A stretch of DNA of 64,000 nucleotides from Gammaproteobacteria bacterium (GTDB lineage Bacteria; Pseudomonadota; Gammaproteobacteria; Nitrosococcales; Methylophagaceae), in assembly GCA_029882915.1 (NCBI GenBank), contig JAOUJZ010000006.1:2115-66114 (forward strand). The letters run 5' to 3'. Below are positions 39,714 through 50,522 of this stretch, one piece after another. The stretch's first letter is position 1. Each line of letters starts with the position of its first letter. Made by a program: the position numbers and the translations under genes. Under the pieces are notes generated by a model. That model saw only the letters and a list, made by a program, of their open reading frames with translations. It was not told the origin of the DNA and made no database searches.

Positions 39714-40658
39714 ATGAGTACATTATTAATTGCACAATCATTATCTCGCTATTTCGGTGATCAACACGCCGTTAATAATGTGAGTTTTGAAATTCATAAA
39801 GGAGAGGTGCTTGGATTTTTAGGTCCAAACGGTGCAGGCAAAAGTACCACCATGAAAATGCTTAGTGGTAATCTGGCCCCCAATCGGGGTGAAATAACCA
39901 TTAATGGCTATGATTTATTAACTGAGCCCAAACAAGCAAAAGCACAAATTGGTTACCTTCCTGAACAACCTCCACTCTATAAGGAATTAACGGTAAAAGA
40001 GTTTTTGTACTTTTGTGCACAAATTAACCAAATAGACTCCTCCCGCATTAAAAATGCGACTGATACCGTTATTGAACGTTGTGGCTTAACAGATGTGACC
40101 CACCGCCTTATTGGAAATCTATCAAAAGGCTACCAACAACGTGTTGGCATTGCTCAGGCTATCATCCATACACCTGCAGTAGTAATTCTTGATGAACCAA
40201 CATCGGGACTTGACCCGATTCAGATCCGGGAGATCCGCCAATTAATCCGTGATGTTGCCACTGAACATAGTGTAATTTTATCCACTCATATATTGCCAGA
40301 AGTAAAAACATTGTGTGACCGGGTACAGATTATCAATCAAGGGCAATTGATCTTCAGTGACACCATAGCTGGGCTAGAACATAATATGCATGCTTCCAGT
40401 TTGTTGCTTACATTAAATTCTCCACCTGATATTGCCCAACTTCAGCAACTCACTGGTGTGATTACTGTTGAATCGCTCAATTCAACTCGCTTCAAATTAC
40501 ATTACCAGCCAGATAGCAACCCAACTCAAGAACTACTCAATCGAGCAGTTACCGAAAACTGGCAACTGACTGAACTGTCGCCAGAGCAACATTCATTAGA
40601 AGATGTTTTTATGAATATTATTCAACAAGAATCATCAACTCAGGAGCCGATTTCCTGA
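39714..40658 (+). CDS. ABC transporter ATP-binding protein (ABC-2/GldA-like)
   Basis: Walker A GPNGAGKST, signature LSKGYQQR and Walker B VVILDEPTSGLD are present. Confidence 0.9.
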   Translation: MSTLLIAQSLSRYFGDQHAVNNVSFEIHKGEVLGFLGPNGAGKSTTMKMLSGNLAPNRGEITINGYDLLTEPKQAKAQIGYLPEQPPLYKELTVKEFLYFCAQINQIDSSRIKNATDTVIERCGLTDVTHRLIGNLSKGYQQRVGIAQAIIHTPAVVILDEPTSGLDPIQIREIRQLIRDVATEHSVILSTHILPEVKTLCDRVQIINQGQLIFSDTIAGLEHNMHASSLLLTLNSPPDIAQLQQLTGVITVESLNSTRFKLHYQPDSNPTQELLNRAVTENWQLTELSPEQHSLEDVFMNIIQQESSTQEPIS

Positions 40659-41410
40659 TGTTTATTCTTGCCCGTAATGAGCTTTACCGTTTATTTTTAT
40701 CACCTCTGGCTTGGGTTATACTTGCGCTGAGCCAAATTATTCTCGCGTATTTATTTTTAACTCATATTGATTATTTTATTCAAATTCAGGCCAAAATTTC
40801 TGCTATACCAGGTGCGCCAGGCGTAACAGAATTAATTGCTTCCCCACTATTTAGCAACGCTGCCACAATCTTATTACTGCTTACTCCTCTCATTACCATG
40901 CGACTTATTGCTGAGGAACGACGCAATGATAGTTTGCCACTATTATTGTCTGCACCTCTGTCTATCCATCAAGTTGTGTTTGGAAAATACTTGGGCACGA
41001 TTGGCTTTTTTATTACCCTGCTCCTTTTAATAAGCTTGATGCCTCTGTCGCTCGCCTTAGGCAGCGATTTAGACTTTAAACTGCTTTCTGCCGGTATGCT
41101 TGGTTTGTGTTTATTAGTCGCCAGTTTTACCGCTATTGGCTTATTTCTCTCATCCTTGACCAATCAGCCTGCAATCGCTGCTATCACAACTTTTACCAGC
41201 CTATTTTTACTTTGGATCATTGACTGGGCTGGTAACACTCAGGTGGCAGGTGAATCCTCTGCTCTATTTAGTTGGTTATCTCTGCTTAGCCACTACCAGC
41301 CTTTGCTCCAAGGTGAAGTGAACAGTAGTGATGTCGCTTATTACTTGATTGTTATTACTACCTTTTTGGCGTTAACAATCCATCGACTTGACTCTCAGCG
41401 GCTTAATTAA
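40658..41410 (+). CDS. ABC-2 type transporter permease (GldF-like)
   Basis: 250 aa with about 6 TM helices. Stop/start overlap with the ATPase gene. Confidence 0.8.
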   Translation: MFILARNELYRLFLSPLAWVILALSQIILAYLFLTHIDYFIQIQAKISAIPGAPGVTELIASPLFSNAATILLLLTPLITMRLIAEERRNDSLPLLLSAPLSIHQVVFGKYLGTIGFFITLLLLISLMPLSLALGSDLDFKLLSAGMLGLCLLVASFTAIGLFLSSLTNQPAIAAITTFTSLFLLWIIDWAGNTQVAGESSALFSWLSLLSHYQPLLQGEVNSSDVAYYLIVITTFLALTIHRLDSQRLN

Positions 41411-41411
41411 G

Positions 41412-42785
41412 ATGAACATTAATCCAAAAACACGGTTTCAACTCCAAATACAACAGTTCATCTTTTATGTGCTAGTCATTATTGTTGTCACTCTATTGGC
41501 ACAGCTGACACTTAAAACCAATGTTCGTTCAGACTGGACTGCAAACAGCCGCCATAGTCTATCCGACTCAACTAAAGATGTTTTGAAACAGCTTGATGAT
41601 GACGTAACCATACAAGTGTTTATAAGCCCTGATAGTGAATACCATTCGGCACTAGAATCACTACTATCACGCTATCAACAACATAGTGATAAGTTAAATG
41701 TCATATACATAAATCCAGATTTCTCACCAGAAATTGTTCGCAAACTAAATATCCAGCAACAAGGTGAAATGGTCGTCTCCCTGAATGATAAACAACAGCA
41801 TGTTTTTGACCTGTCCGAACAGTCTTTGACTAATGCCCTAATTATCGTGTCGAGGGCACAACAACCATGGTTGGTATTTATTGAAGGCCATGGTGAACGT
41901 AGTCCCTTCAGTCAGGCCAATTTCAATTTAAGTGTGTGGGGGGAACAACTCAAACAAAAGGGTTTTAAACTTCAATCACTAAATTTAGTTGAACAGAGTC
42001 TAATCCCTAACAATGCAGCAGCTGTTGTAATTGCTAGCCCTGAACGCCCCTGGTTAGCCGGTGAAATTGACATCATCAAAAATTACATTACTGATGGCGG
42101 TAATTTATTATGGTTAACCGAACCGGATAGTCATCAATACCTTGCTGGTCTGGCCGAGCAACTTGGTATTGAATTTGTACCCGGTACAATTATCGATCCA
42201 AATGCCGAATTACTTGGCATCACTGATCCACAATTTGTCCTTATCACTAATTATGCTAATCACCCTGTTGCCACAGCTACCACTAGTGTCACTTTATTTC
42301 CACAAGCGGTTGCCATTGAAAATAATGTGGATAATTCAGCATGGCAATATCTGCCGCTCCTCACCAGTCAGGAAAACACATGGAGCGAAACAGATCCAAT
42401 TACCCAAGCCACTGTAGCATCGCCTATTTTTGATGTAAGTAATGATACTGGTGGGCCTCTTAATCTAGCTTATTTATTAACTGTACAACCTGTCGAGGAA
42501 GATGAAAAAAATAAAGAACAGCGTATTGCTGTCATCGGTGATGGGGACTTTTTATCCAATAGCTATATCGGCAATGGTTCCAATCTTGAGCTTGGCGTAG
42601 CCCTAATGAACTGGTTGGCCGAAGATGACAGCCTGATCGATATTCCAATTAAAACTACCATTGATAACCAGCTTCAATTAACAACTACACAGTCACTGAT
42701 CATTGGACTTGGTTTTTTAATCGTTATTCCAGTATTACTACTCAGTATTGGGCTGGGTTTATGGTGGTATCGACGTAAACAATGA
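41412..42785 (+). CDS. GldG-like ABC-transporter auxiliary protein (large periplasmic domain between N- and C-terminal TM helices)
   Basis: The ATG at 41412 follows the permease stop directly. Both an N-terminal TM helix and a C-terminal TM helix (LIIGLGFLIVIPVLLLSIGLGLWWYRRKQ) are present, which is the typical Gldg-family layout. Confidence 0.7.
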   Translation: MNINPKTRFQLQIQQFIFYVLVIIVVTLLAQLTLKTNVRSDWTANSRHSLSDSTKDVLKQLDDDVTIQVFISPDSEYHSALESLLSRYQQHSDKLNVIYINPDFSPEIVRKLNIQQQGEMVVSLNDKQQHVFDLSEQSLTNALIIVSRAQQPWLVFIEGHGERSPFSQANFNLSVWGEQLKQKGFKLQSLNLVEQSLIPNNAAAVVIASPERPWLAGEIDIIKNYITDGGNLLWLTEPDSHQYLAGLAEQLGIEFVPGTIIDPNAELLGITDPQFVLITNYANHPVATATTSVTLFPQAVAIENNVDNSAWQYLPLLTSQENTWSETDPITQATVASPIFDVSNDTGGPLNLAYLLTVQPVEEDEKNKEQRIAVIGDGDFLSNSYIGNGSNLELGVALMNWLAEDDSLIDIPIKTTIDNQLQLTTTQSLIIGLGFLIVIPVLLLSIGLGLWWYRRKQ

Positions 42786-43666
42786 AATTCCGTTATCTTA
42801 CAAATCTCATTCTCATTTTATTAGTGGCTGGACTGTATTGGTACAACAATCAAAATGAACCCAATGATGATGTTGCAAAACTCACCTCAATAACCCGTGA
42901 CGAAATTCAAATCATTACCATCTCACGGCCCACTACGGATGACATTGTTTTACGAAAGTCTTCTTCTGGTTGGCAAGTCACTCACCCCATTAAATCTCGT
43001 GCTAATGGCACACGGATTGACCTGTTATTATCACTGTTAAATACCCGCAGTCATGCCCAATTAATCGTCAACGACACACATGACAATGCACTGTCGCAAT
43101 ATGGTCTTTCTCCAGCCAAGGTGACTTTAAAACTGAATGACCATGTTTTTAAAATCGGTCACAATGAAACGATCAACAACTATCGCTATATATTACATAA
43201 TGACGTCATTCACTTGATTGACGATGATGTCGCACCATTATTACATGTCAATGCCACTGGTTTTATTGATAATCGACTAATCCCCCCCAACCACACTATC
43301 AGAAAACTAGAATTACCAGTGCGTAACGCTAATAACGACCTTTCAGCTGATCCTGTCATCATCGAAAACAAGGAAGGTCACTGGATAAGCATGTCTCTGG
43401 ATCAAACGTCTGACCAACTCACAACACTTATTGAGCTCTGGCAATATGCCTATGCTACTCGGGTATTAACGTTTAATATGACAGATCAGTCAACAGCCAA
43501 GACAGCCAAAATACGAATTTGGTATCAGGATATCAAGCAAGCATCAGAATTTGATGTAGAGTTCACAGAAAATACGCTCTTTATTACTGACCAACAACAA
43601 TTGAAATATCAATTTCCAGCCTCTTTATTCCAGCAATTAATACCTGCCAGTAACATAACCCCATAA
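42782..43666 (+). CDS. DUF4340-like protein (N-terminal TM anchor), usual partner of GldG-like genes
   Basis: 294 aa with anchor LILILLVAGLYWY. There is a 4-nt overlap with the upstream gene. The family call is from memory. Confidence 0.55.
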   Translation: MKFRYLTNLILILLVAGLYWYNNQNEPNDDVAKLTSITRDEIQIITISRPTTDDIVLRKSSSGWQVTHPIKSRANGTRIDLLLSLLNTRSHAQLIVNDTHDNALSQYGLSPAKVTLKLNDHVFKIGHNETINNYRYILHNDVIHLIDDDVAPLLHVNATGFIDNRLIPPNHTIRKLELPVRNANNDLSADPVIIENKEGHWISMSLDQTSDQLTTLIELWQYAYATRVLTFNMTDQSTAKTAKIRIWYQDIKQASEFDVEFTENTLFITDQQQLKYQFPASLFQQLIPASNITP

Positions 43667-44502
43667 TGCCAGAATTACCTGAAGTTGAAACGACACGTCT
43701 GGGTGTGAGCCCATATCTTAAAGACGCAATTGTTACACAAGTCATAATTCGACAATTTTCATTACGCTGGCCTATAGCAGCAGAACTTGCTGACATATTG
43801 ACCGGTCAGACAATTTTTCAAATTCAACGTCGCGCTAAATACTTACTGCTACACTGTAATTCCGGCACCTTAATCATTCATTTAGGCATGTCAGGTCGCT
43901 TACGCATAGTGGACATTGAGGCTGGTGATAATGATCTGCAAAAACATGATCACGTTGATATAACGTTAGATAACGGCCATCTACTAAGGTATACCGATCC
44001 ACGTCGTTTTGGTGCCATTTTATGGACTTCCGATCCTATTGAACAGCACCCTTTACTTGTTGATCTCGGGCCAGAGCCACTGACTGAAGAATTTACGGCC
44101 GATTATCTATGGCAACGAAGTCAGTCCCGGTGTTGTAGTATCAAAACATTAATTATGAATGGGAAAGTAGTGGTTGGGGTAGGAAATATTTATGCAAATG
44201 AAGCGTTATTTCTAGCTGAACTTCATCCTAAATCAGCCGCGAAAAATTTAACGTTTAAAGATCATGTTGCATTGGTCGCAGCCATAAAAAACGTGCTTAA
44301 TAAAGCTATTTCGGCCGGAGGGACAACCTTAAAAGATTTCAGAAAAAGTGACGGAAAGCCTGGCTACTTTGCCCAAGAACTTAACGTATATGGACGTGCT
44401 GGCTCACCCTGCCCTCGTTGCGAGAGCATAATTCAACACTATAAAGAAACACAAAGGGCAACATTCTATTGCCCTCTATGTCAGCCTACAATTTCAGATT
44501 AA
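43666..44502 (+). CDS. mutM: formamidopyrimidine-DNA glycosylase
   Basis: N-terminus [11 protein letters not shown] and C-terminal zinc finger CPRC...CPLC. The start overlaps the preceding stop (TAATG). Confidence 0.95.
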   Translation: MPELPEVETTRLGVSPYLKDAIVTQVIIRQFSLRWPIAAELADILTGQTIFQIQRRAKYLLLHCNSGTLIIHLGMSGRLRIVDIEAGDNDLQKHDHVDITLDNGHLLRYTDPRRFGAILWTSDPIEQHPLLVDLGPEPLTEEFTADYLWQRSQSRCCSIKTLIMNGKVVVGVGNIYANEALFLAELHPKSAAKNLTFKDHVALVAAIKNVLNKAISAGGTTLKDFRKSDGKPGYFAQELNVYGRAGSPCPRCESIIQHYKETQRATFYCPLCQPTISD

Positions 44503-44711
44503 CTGACTACCGTCACGTCTTCTGCTTGCCAGCCTTTATCACCTTTAGTAACTGTGAATTCGACTTGTTGTCCTTCATCTAAGGTTTTAAAACCATCACC
44601 CTGGATAGCACGGAAGTGAACAAATACATCATCGCCACCTTCACGCTCTAAAAAACCAAAACCCTTAGCTGCGTCAAACCACTTAACACTTCCTGTTACT
44701 TTTTCAGACAT
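44499..44711 (-). CDS. cold-shock protein (CspA family)
   Basis: 70 aa with RNP motifs KGFGFL and VFVHF. About 230 nt of upstream non-coding sequence is compatible with a long csp leader. Confidence 0.93.
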   Translation of the reverse strand: MSEKVTGSVKWFDAAKGFGFLEREGGDDVFVHFRAIQGDGFKTLDEGQQVEFTVTKGDKGWQAEDVTVVS

Positions 44712-44940
44712 ACAAAATTACTCTCATTTTAAAAATTCAAACTGGTGATTATCCTAACCACCTAATATCGCTATTGAAAAAAGCTAATAGCCAACCAGAA
44801 AAGACTGGTGAGGCTACACTAACAGGATAATAATCAGATAGCAAATATTAAACGGTATCGCCATTAAACCGATTATCAGTCAATGACATAGCCAAGATTG
44901 GAGCTGATAAATGTGCCACTTTATTAAAGTAAAGTCTGAT

Positions 44941-45246
44941 TTAAGGTTTGATCTGTCTGGAGAAATATGTCGCCATCAGCTCAATTTCCTTTGTAGTATA
45001 ACCACTGGCATGATGAAACATTACCGTGGACGGGCGCAGGGCACTCGTAAATTCTTTCATTTGCTTAATAATGTGTAACTCATCCAGCCCTGCCAGACTT
45101 GGTGTTCCACCTACACTATGTCCGCGAGTACCATGACAAGCTGCACACGTTGATGCTAGTAATTCACCATTTCTACTATTATCTGCTGAGACAGGACTCG
45201 TTATCAGGCAACATAATAAACTCAGGTAATACAAAATACAGCGCAT
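44941..45246 (-). CDS. monohaem class I c-type cytochrome (c-553 / FccA-SoxE-like), exported
   Basis: Signal peptide, a single CAACHG haem motif and a distal Met (TVMFHH). The ATG at 45246 gives about 101 aa. Confidence 0.75.
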   Translation of the reverse strand: MRCILYYLSLLCCLITSPVSADNSRNGELLASTCAACHGTRGHSVGGTPSLAGLDELHIIKQMKEFTSALRPSTVMFHHASGYTTKEIELMATYFSRQIKP

Positions 45247-45320
45247 AATAAATACCCTAATCAAGCCAATAAGTACAGCCTACGCTATAATATACGTATA
45301 TGCATTACTAAAGACTACTC

Positions 45321-46283
45321 ATGTCAGAATTATTACAACTCGAAGGCATTATTCCTGATGAATATGCTGGTTTACGTCTAGATCAAGCGCTCGCACAAGT
45401 GTTCCCGGATTATTCTCGCGGTCAAATCACCAAGTGGATAAAAGCAGGTCATGTGCTGATTGACCAACAATCGCTTCGACCGAGAGATTCGGTCTCAGGC
45501 GGTGAACATATTATTATTTCAGCACAAATTGAAATTGTGGATGACACATGGACAGCAGAGGCAATACAACTCGATATCATCCATGAAGATGATGATCTAC
45601 TGATCATCAATAAACCTGCAGGTATGGTTGTTCATCCTGGAGCCGGAAACCAGCAAGGTACTCTGGTCAACGCCTTATTACATCATGCTCCACAGTTAGA
45701 GACCATTCCTCGCGCTGGTATTGTGCATAGGATCGATAAAGGGACTACCGGTTTGTTAATGATTGCCAAAACCCTGCAAGCTCATAATTCTCTGGTTTCA
45801 CAATTACAGGCTCGCACTGTCCAGCGCGAATATCAGGCTATTGCAATGGGTGTCATGACAGCTGGAGGCACAGTTGATGAACCCGTTGGTCGTCATCCTG
45901 TCGACCGTAAGCGTATGGCAGTAACGGGTGCAGGCAAACCAGCTATAACGCATTATCGGGTTGAACATCGCTACCGTGCACATACCCACATTCGCTGTAA
46001 ACTGGAAACGGGGCGTACTCATCAAATCCGGGTCCATATGGCTCATATCCGGTACCCACTACTCGGTGACCCAGTATACGGAGGTCGTTTACGATTACCT
46101 AAAGGTGCATCTGAATCATGCCTCGAAGCATTACAGAATTTTCGAAGACAGGCACTACATGCTGGATTACTCGGGTTTATCCATCCTCGTTCTGAACAAG
46201 AAGTATCATGGCAAGTTGACATGCCTGAAGACATGCTACACATCTTGGCCGTTCTAGCTGAAGACCAAAAACTACACGGTTAA
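45321..46283 (+). CDS. rluD: 23S rRNA pseudouridine synthase RluD
   Basis: N-terminal S4-like region, catalytic HRIDKGTTGLL, and GRTHQIRVH. Confidence 0.9.
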   Translation: MSELLQLEGIIPDEYAGLRLDQALAQVFPDYSRGQITKWIKAGHVLIDQQSLRPRDSVSGGEHIIISAQIEIVDDTWTAEAIQLDIIHEDDDLLIINKPAGMVVHPGAGNQQGTLVNALLHHAPQLETIPRAGIVHRIDKGTTGLLMIAKTLQAHNSLVSQLQARTVQREYQAIAMGVMTAGGTVDEPVGRHPVDRKRMAVTGAGKPAITHYRVEHRYRAHTHIRCKLETGRTHQIRVHMAHIRYPLLGDPVYGGRLRLPKGASESCLEALQNFRRQALHAGLLGFIHPRSEQEVSWQVDMPEDMLHILAVLAEDQKLHG

Positions 46284-46332
46284 TCAATCTAGTTCCAGCC
46301 ATAAAAAGGCAGTCTAATAAATCTTTAAGCAT

Positions 46333-46363
46333 AAAAAAGGGGCTGATAAATCAGCCCCTTTTT
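46333..46363. terminator. bidirectional Rho-independent terminator between rluD and the EF-G paralogue
   Basis: AAAAAA-GGGGCTGA-taaa-TCAGCCCC-TTTTT: an 8-bp stem flanked by an A-run and a T-run, lying between convergent genes. Confidence 0.85.
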
Positions 46364-46385
46364 ATTACGCGAATAATAACTTAAA

Positions 46386-48473
46386 TTATTTTGCAGCTGC
46401 ACGCTCTTGAGCTGCTTTAATAACTTCCTCAGCAACATTACGAGGACAAGGACTGTAGTGCACGAACTCCATAGAGAACTGTCCACGACCCGATGTCATT
46501 GTACGTAATGTACCGATGTAACCAAACATTTCACTCAATGGCACTTCACCATTAATGCGAACACCTGTTACACCCGCATCTTGTGATTTAATCATGCCAC
46601 GACGACGGTTCAAGTCACCAATAACATCACCAACGTGATCTTCAGGTGTGAATACATCCACCTTCATAATTGGTTCCATCAACTGAGGACCCGCTTTTGG
46701 CATTGTTTGGCGATATGCAGCCATTGCAGCCAATTCAAATGCAACAGCAGATGAATCCACGGCATGGAAACCACCGTCAAATAATGTGACTTTAAAGTCC
46801 AAACATGGGTAACCCGCTAACACACCACGGTCTTTCATTTTTCCGAAACCAGCTTCAACAGCAGACCAGAATTCACGAGGAACTGTACCACCAGTAACAG
46901 TTGATTCAAATACAAATCCACTGCCTGGTTCACCTGGTTCAACGATATAATCAATTTTACCGAATTGACCAGAACCGCCTGATTGTTTTTTGTGGGTGTA
47001 ACTGTCTTCAACGCGCTGAGTGATCGTTTCACGGTAGGCAACTTGAGGCTCGCCCACTGTTACATCAACACCATGAGTACGTTTCAAAATATCAACTTTG
47101 ATATCAAGGTGTAACTCACCCATACCTTTGATAATAGTCTCGCCACTTTCCTGATCTGTTTCTACTCGGAAAGAAGGATCTTCTTTGATCATCTTACCTA
47201 AAGCGATACCCATTTTTTCCGATCCACCTTTATCTTTAGGCGCAATCGCAATAGAGATAACAGGATCAGGGAATACCATTGGTTCTAATGTCGCTGCATT
47301 CTTAGGATCACATAATGTGTGACCTGTCTGAACGTCTTTCATACCAACAATAGCGATGATATCACCCGCTTGTGCGCTATCTAATTCAGTACGATCATCA
47401 GCGTGCATTTCTACCATACGGCCAACACGCTCTGTTTTACCGGTAAAGGTATTTAAAACAGTATCGCCTTTTTTTAGTACGCCAGAATAGATTCGAATAA
47501 AGGTCAACGCACCAAAACGGTCATCCATAATTTTAAATGCCAAAGCACGTAATGGTTTTGCAGGATCAACAATTGCGACTTCACCTGTTTCATTACCGTC
47601 TAGATCCACTTCTGGCTGAGGATCAACCTCTGTTGGATCTGGCAGATAATCAACAACGGCATCCAATACCATCTGTACGCCCTTATCTTTAAAGGCTGAG
47701 CCACAGTATGTTGGAAAGAAGTCCATTTTTAATGTACCTTGACGGATACATTTCTTGATTTCTTCAATTGAAGGCTCAACACCATCAAGGTATTTTTCCA
47801 TCAAATCATCGTCTTGCTCAACTGCTGTTTCAATCAACATTTCACGATATTCTTCGATCTGATCAGCCATTTCTGCAGGCGGCTCTTCAATACGGAACGC
47901 AGTTGTATCTGCTTCATTGTCCCAAATCCAGGCTTTACGTGTTAACAGATCAACACAGCCTTTGAAGTCATCTTCGATGCCGATTGGCAACACCATCACT
48001 AACGGATGTGCGCCGAGTACATCTTCAACTTGCTTAACAACGCGGTAAAAATCTGCACCCATACGATCCAGTTTATTAACAAAGATAATACGAGACACTT
48101 CAGAGTCATTGGCATAACGCCAGTTGGTTTCAGATTGAGGTTCTACACCACCACTACCACAGAAAACACCAACACCACCATCCAGTACTTTCAACGAACG
48201 ATATACTTCAATAGTGAAATCAACGTGTCCAGGTGTATCAATAACATTCAAACGGTGACCGTTCCATTCACAGCTAGTCGCAGCTGATTGAATAGTAATA
48301 CCACGTTCTTGCTCTTGTTCCATGAAGTCTGTTGTTGCTTCACCATCATGAACTTCACCAGTCTTATGAATTTTACCGGTAAGTTTTAAAATACGTTCTG
48401 TCGTAGTAGTCTTTCCCGCATCTACATGCGCGAAGATACCAATGTTTCTATACTTGGATAAGTCTGCAGCCAT
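46386..48473 (-). CDS. fusA: elongation factor G paralogue (stand-alone, EF-G2-like)
   Basis: G motifs [17 protein letters not shown] and NKLDR. 695 aa. It is not in an rpsL-rpsG-fusA-tuf context. Confidence 0.9.
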   Translation of the reverse strand: MAADLSKYRNIGIFAHVDAGKTTTTERILKLTGKIHKTGEVHDGEATTDFMEQEQERGITIQSAATSCEWNGHRLNVIDTPGHVDFTIEVYRSLKVLDGGVGVFCGSGGVEPQSETNWRYANDSEVSRIIFVNKLDRMGADFYRVVKQVEDVLGAHPLVMVLPIGIEDDFKGCVDLLTRKAWIWDNEADTTAFRIEEPPAEMADQIEEYREMLIETAVEQDDDLMEKYLDGVEPSIEEIKKCIRQGTLKMDFFPTYCGSAFKDKGVQMVLDAVVDYLPDPTEVDPQPEVDLDGNETGEVAIVDPAKPLRALAFKIMDDRFGALTFIRIYSGVLKKGDTVLNTFTGKTERVGRMVEMHADDRTELDSAQAGDIIAIVGMKDVQTGHTLCDPKNAATLEPMVFPDPVISIAIAPKDKGGSEKMGIALGKMIKEDPSFRVETDQESGETIIKGMGELHLDIKVDILKRTHGVDVTVGEPQVAYRETITQRVEDSYTHKKQSGGSGQFGKIDYIVEPGEPGSGFVFESTVTGGTVPREFWSAVEAGFGKMKDRGVLAGYPCLDFKVTLFDGGFHAVDSSAVAFELAAMAAYRQTMPKAGPQLMEPIMKVDVFTPEDHVGDVIGDLNRRRGMIKSQDAGVTGVRINGEVPLSEMFGYIGTLRTMTSGRGQFSMEFVHYSPCPRNVAEEVIKAAQERAAAK

Positions 48474-48747
48474 TGTCCTGTCTCTAAAATTAGTAAGGTG
48501 TTGTGAATATACGGAAATAAACCGCGTTATTTTAAACTAGTTTAGTCTTTCATGCACCTTTAAAAAGATTTAATCAGTTAACCACGAGAAAAATGGTAAT
48601 TCCACCTAGTAGTGAGCAAAGCCCATAGAACTGACTACTTGTTCATGCGCGTTTCAACAAGGCGAATTTAACGTTTAATTCCTAACGATTCAGGAATTAT
48701 TTTAGGCAATCAAAACGACTCTGAAATACACTAACATTAGAAAATGA

Positions 48748-49059
48748 CTACTGAATACTTTCTTTTCTCTGCATAGGTAACCACTGATAGCGATAGATAA
48801 CGCCTGGTACAGCCAAAACCAGAAACGAACAAAAAGTAGTCACAAAAAACTCCCATCCCTGTGGATAGATCTCTCCAGAGAATCGTAATTCATAAGCAAT
48901 GGCTATCAACAAACTCACGATATAAAACACCATCAACTCAATTAATCTCACTAGTACTGACTTACTGCCATTAAGGGGATAAACCAGCAGTATACGCTCA
49001 CTGATCCATGGTAAGTTGGCGATGACTAAAAACACTAAAATAAGCACTACTGAGGACAT
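48748..49059 (-). CDS. DUF2818-like small membrane protein trailing the nuo operon
   Basis: About 103 aa from the ATG at 49059, with 3-4 hydrophobic helices, QGWEFF and PGVIYRY. It starts 11 nt after the nuoN stop. The family call is from memory. Confidence 0.55.
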   Translation of the reverse strand: MSSVVLILVFLVIANLPWISERILLVYPLNGSKSVLVRLIELMVFYIVSLLIAIAYELRFSGEIYPQGWEFFVTTFCSFLVLAVPGVIYRYQWLPMQRKESIQ

Positions 49060-49070
49060 GGAAACAAACC

Positions 49071-50507
49071 TTAAGAAAACACGATGGCGCAAACAGCCAT
49101 TAATGAACCTGGAAACAGTCCTAAAGCCAGTACAGCTAACGCATTCGCACTCAGAAATATACGCATATCCGCTGGTGCCTCTATGGCATGTGCGTGCACA
49201 GGTTTATCAAAGTACATCACTTTAATCATTCTTAAATAATAAAATGCACCAATCACTGACATCATCACGGCAACCACTGCAATTGCTATCAAATTAATAT
49301 CGACCACGGATTTAATGACGGATAATTTGGCATAAAAGCCAACCATTGGAGGGATCCCTGCCATCGAGAACATCAAAATTAACATCATCAAAGCATACCA
49401 GGGATTTCGTTCACTTAAGCCTTTATAGTCATCAATATTATCTGCTTCGAAACCCTGACGACTCATCAGAATAATCATCCCAAATGCACCCAGACTCATC
49501 ACAGCATATACCAATGCATAAAACATTGACGCCGCATACCCTTCCTGGCTACCAGACAATATCCCCAACAAGATAAAACCGACATGTGAAATAGTTGAAT
49601 AAGCCAGCATTCGTTTCAGGTTGGTTTGAGCAATCGCTACCACATTACCCACAATCATTGATAATACCGACAGCATTATCAACATACCCTGCCAATGTTG
49701 ATGAAGGTCGCCCAATCCCTCTGCCAATATCCTAATCATCATCGCAAAGGCGGCAATTTTTGGGGTGGTAGCAATAAACAAGGTCATGGCAGTGGGTGCA
49801 CCATGATAGACATCCGGCAACCACATATGAAATGGGACTGCACCCAACTTAAATCCAATACCAATAACCAGGAATACCAAGCCAAAACTTAACACGGTGT
49901 CATTCCAACCACTAGCTTGCAATAGCACCGATATGGTCGCAATATCTAAGCTTCCAGTGATGCCGTATATAATCGACATTCCATATAACAGCATTCCTGA
50001 AGCCAACGCACCTAACACAAAATATTTCATCGCAGCTTCAGTTGCTACTTTTGAATCACGCTGCATTGCTACCATTGAATATAAACACAAGGACATCAGT
50101 TCTAGCCCCAGATACAAAGTCAGGAAATGATAGGCTGACACCATAATCATCATTCCTAAAGTTGCAAAGACCGCTAACACATAATATTCGCCTTTGTATA
50201 AGTTGCGCGTTTTCAAATAGTGCGTTGAATACAACAACACTGCAATATTCATCAGACAAATCGAGAGCTTTAAGACATCACTGAAAGCATCTTTAATATA
50301 GGTTCCATCGAATGTCAGCCCCCCATTTTCACCCACTGACTGGTAGATAAGTATAGCTGTCACTATCATGGTCAACTGACTTAATCCATAGGCATAACTT
50401 GAGGCCTTTTTACCTAAAAAAGCGGTGACTAGTAAAATCACACAAGCCATTGCCAGCATAAACATTTCTGGTAGCGCAAAAGACATATTCGATACTTCAA
50501 ACATCAT
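49071..50507 (-). CDS. nuoN: NADH-quinone oxidoreductase subunit N
   Basis: 478 aa antiporter-like subunit, last in nuo order. Confidence 0.93.
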   Translation of the reverse strand: MMFEVSNMSFALPEMFMLAMACVILLVTAFLGKKASSYAYGLSQLTMIVTAILIYQSVGENGGLTFDGTYIKDAFSDVLKLSICLMNIAVLLYSTHYLKTRNLYKGEYYVLAVFATLGMMIMVSAYHFLTLYLGLELMSLCLYSMVAMQRDSKVATEAAMKYFVLGALASGMLLYGMSIIYGITGSLDIATISVLLQASGWNDTVLSFGLVFLVIGIGFKLGAVPFHMWLPDVYHGAPTAMTLFIATTPKIAAFAMMIRILAEGLGDLHQHWQGMLIMLSVLSMIVGNVVAIAQTNLKRMLAYSTISHVGFILLGILSGSQEGYAASMFYALVYAVMSLGAFGMIILMSRQGFEADNIDDYKGLSERNPWYALMMLILMFSMAGIPPMVGFYAKLSVIKSVVDINLIAIAVVAVMMSVIGAFYYLRMIKVMYFDKPVHAHAIEAPADMRIFLSANALAVLALGLFPGSLMAVCAIVFS

Positions 50508-50522
50508 AATCTTGTTGTTACC

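Noticed and set aside
45290-45301. Perfect 12-bp palindrome ATATACGTATAT between the cytochrome c gene and rluD
   Set aside because: It is short and AT-rich, and it overlaps a TATAAT-like -10 (45286-45291). It is probably just promoter sequence rather than a specific operator.
48677-48698. Hairpin AATTCCT-aacgattc-AGGAATT downstream of the nuo/DUF2818 transcription unit, considered as its terminator
   Set aside because: On the minus-strand transcript it is not followed by a U-run, and the stem is AT-rich (7 bp with 2 GC). It is not a convincing intrinsic terminator.
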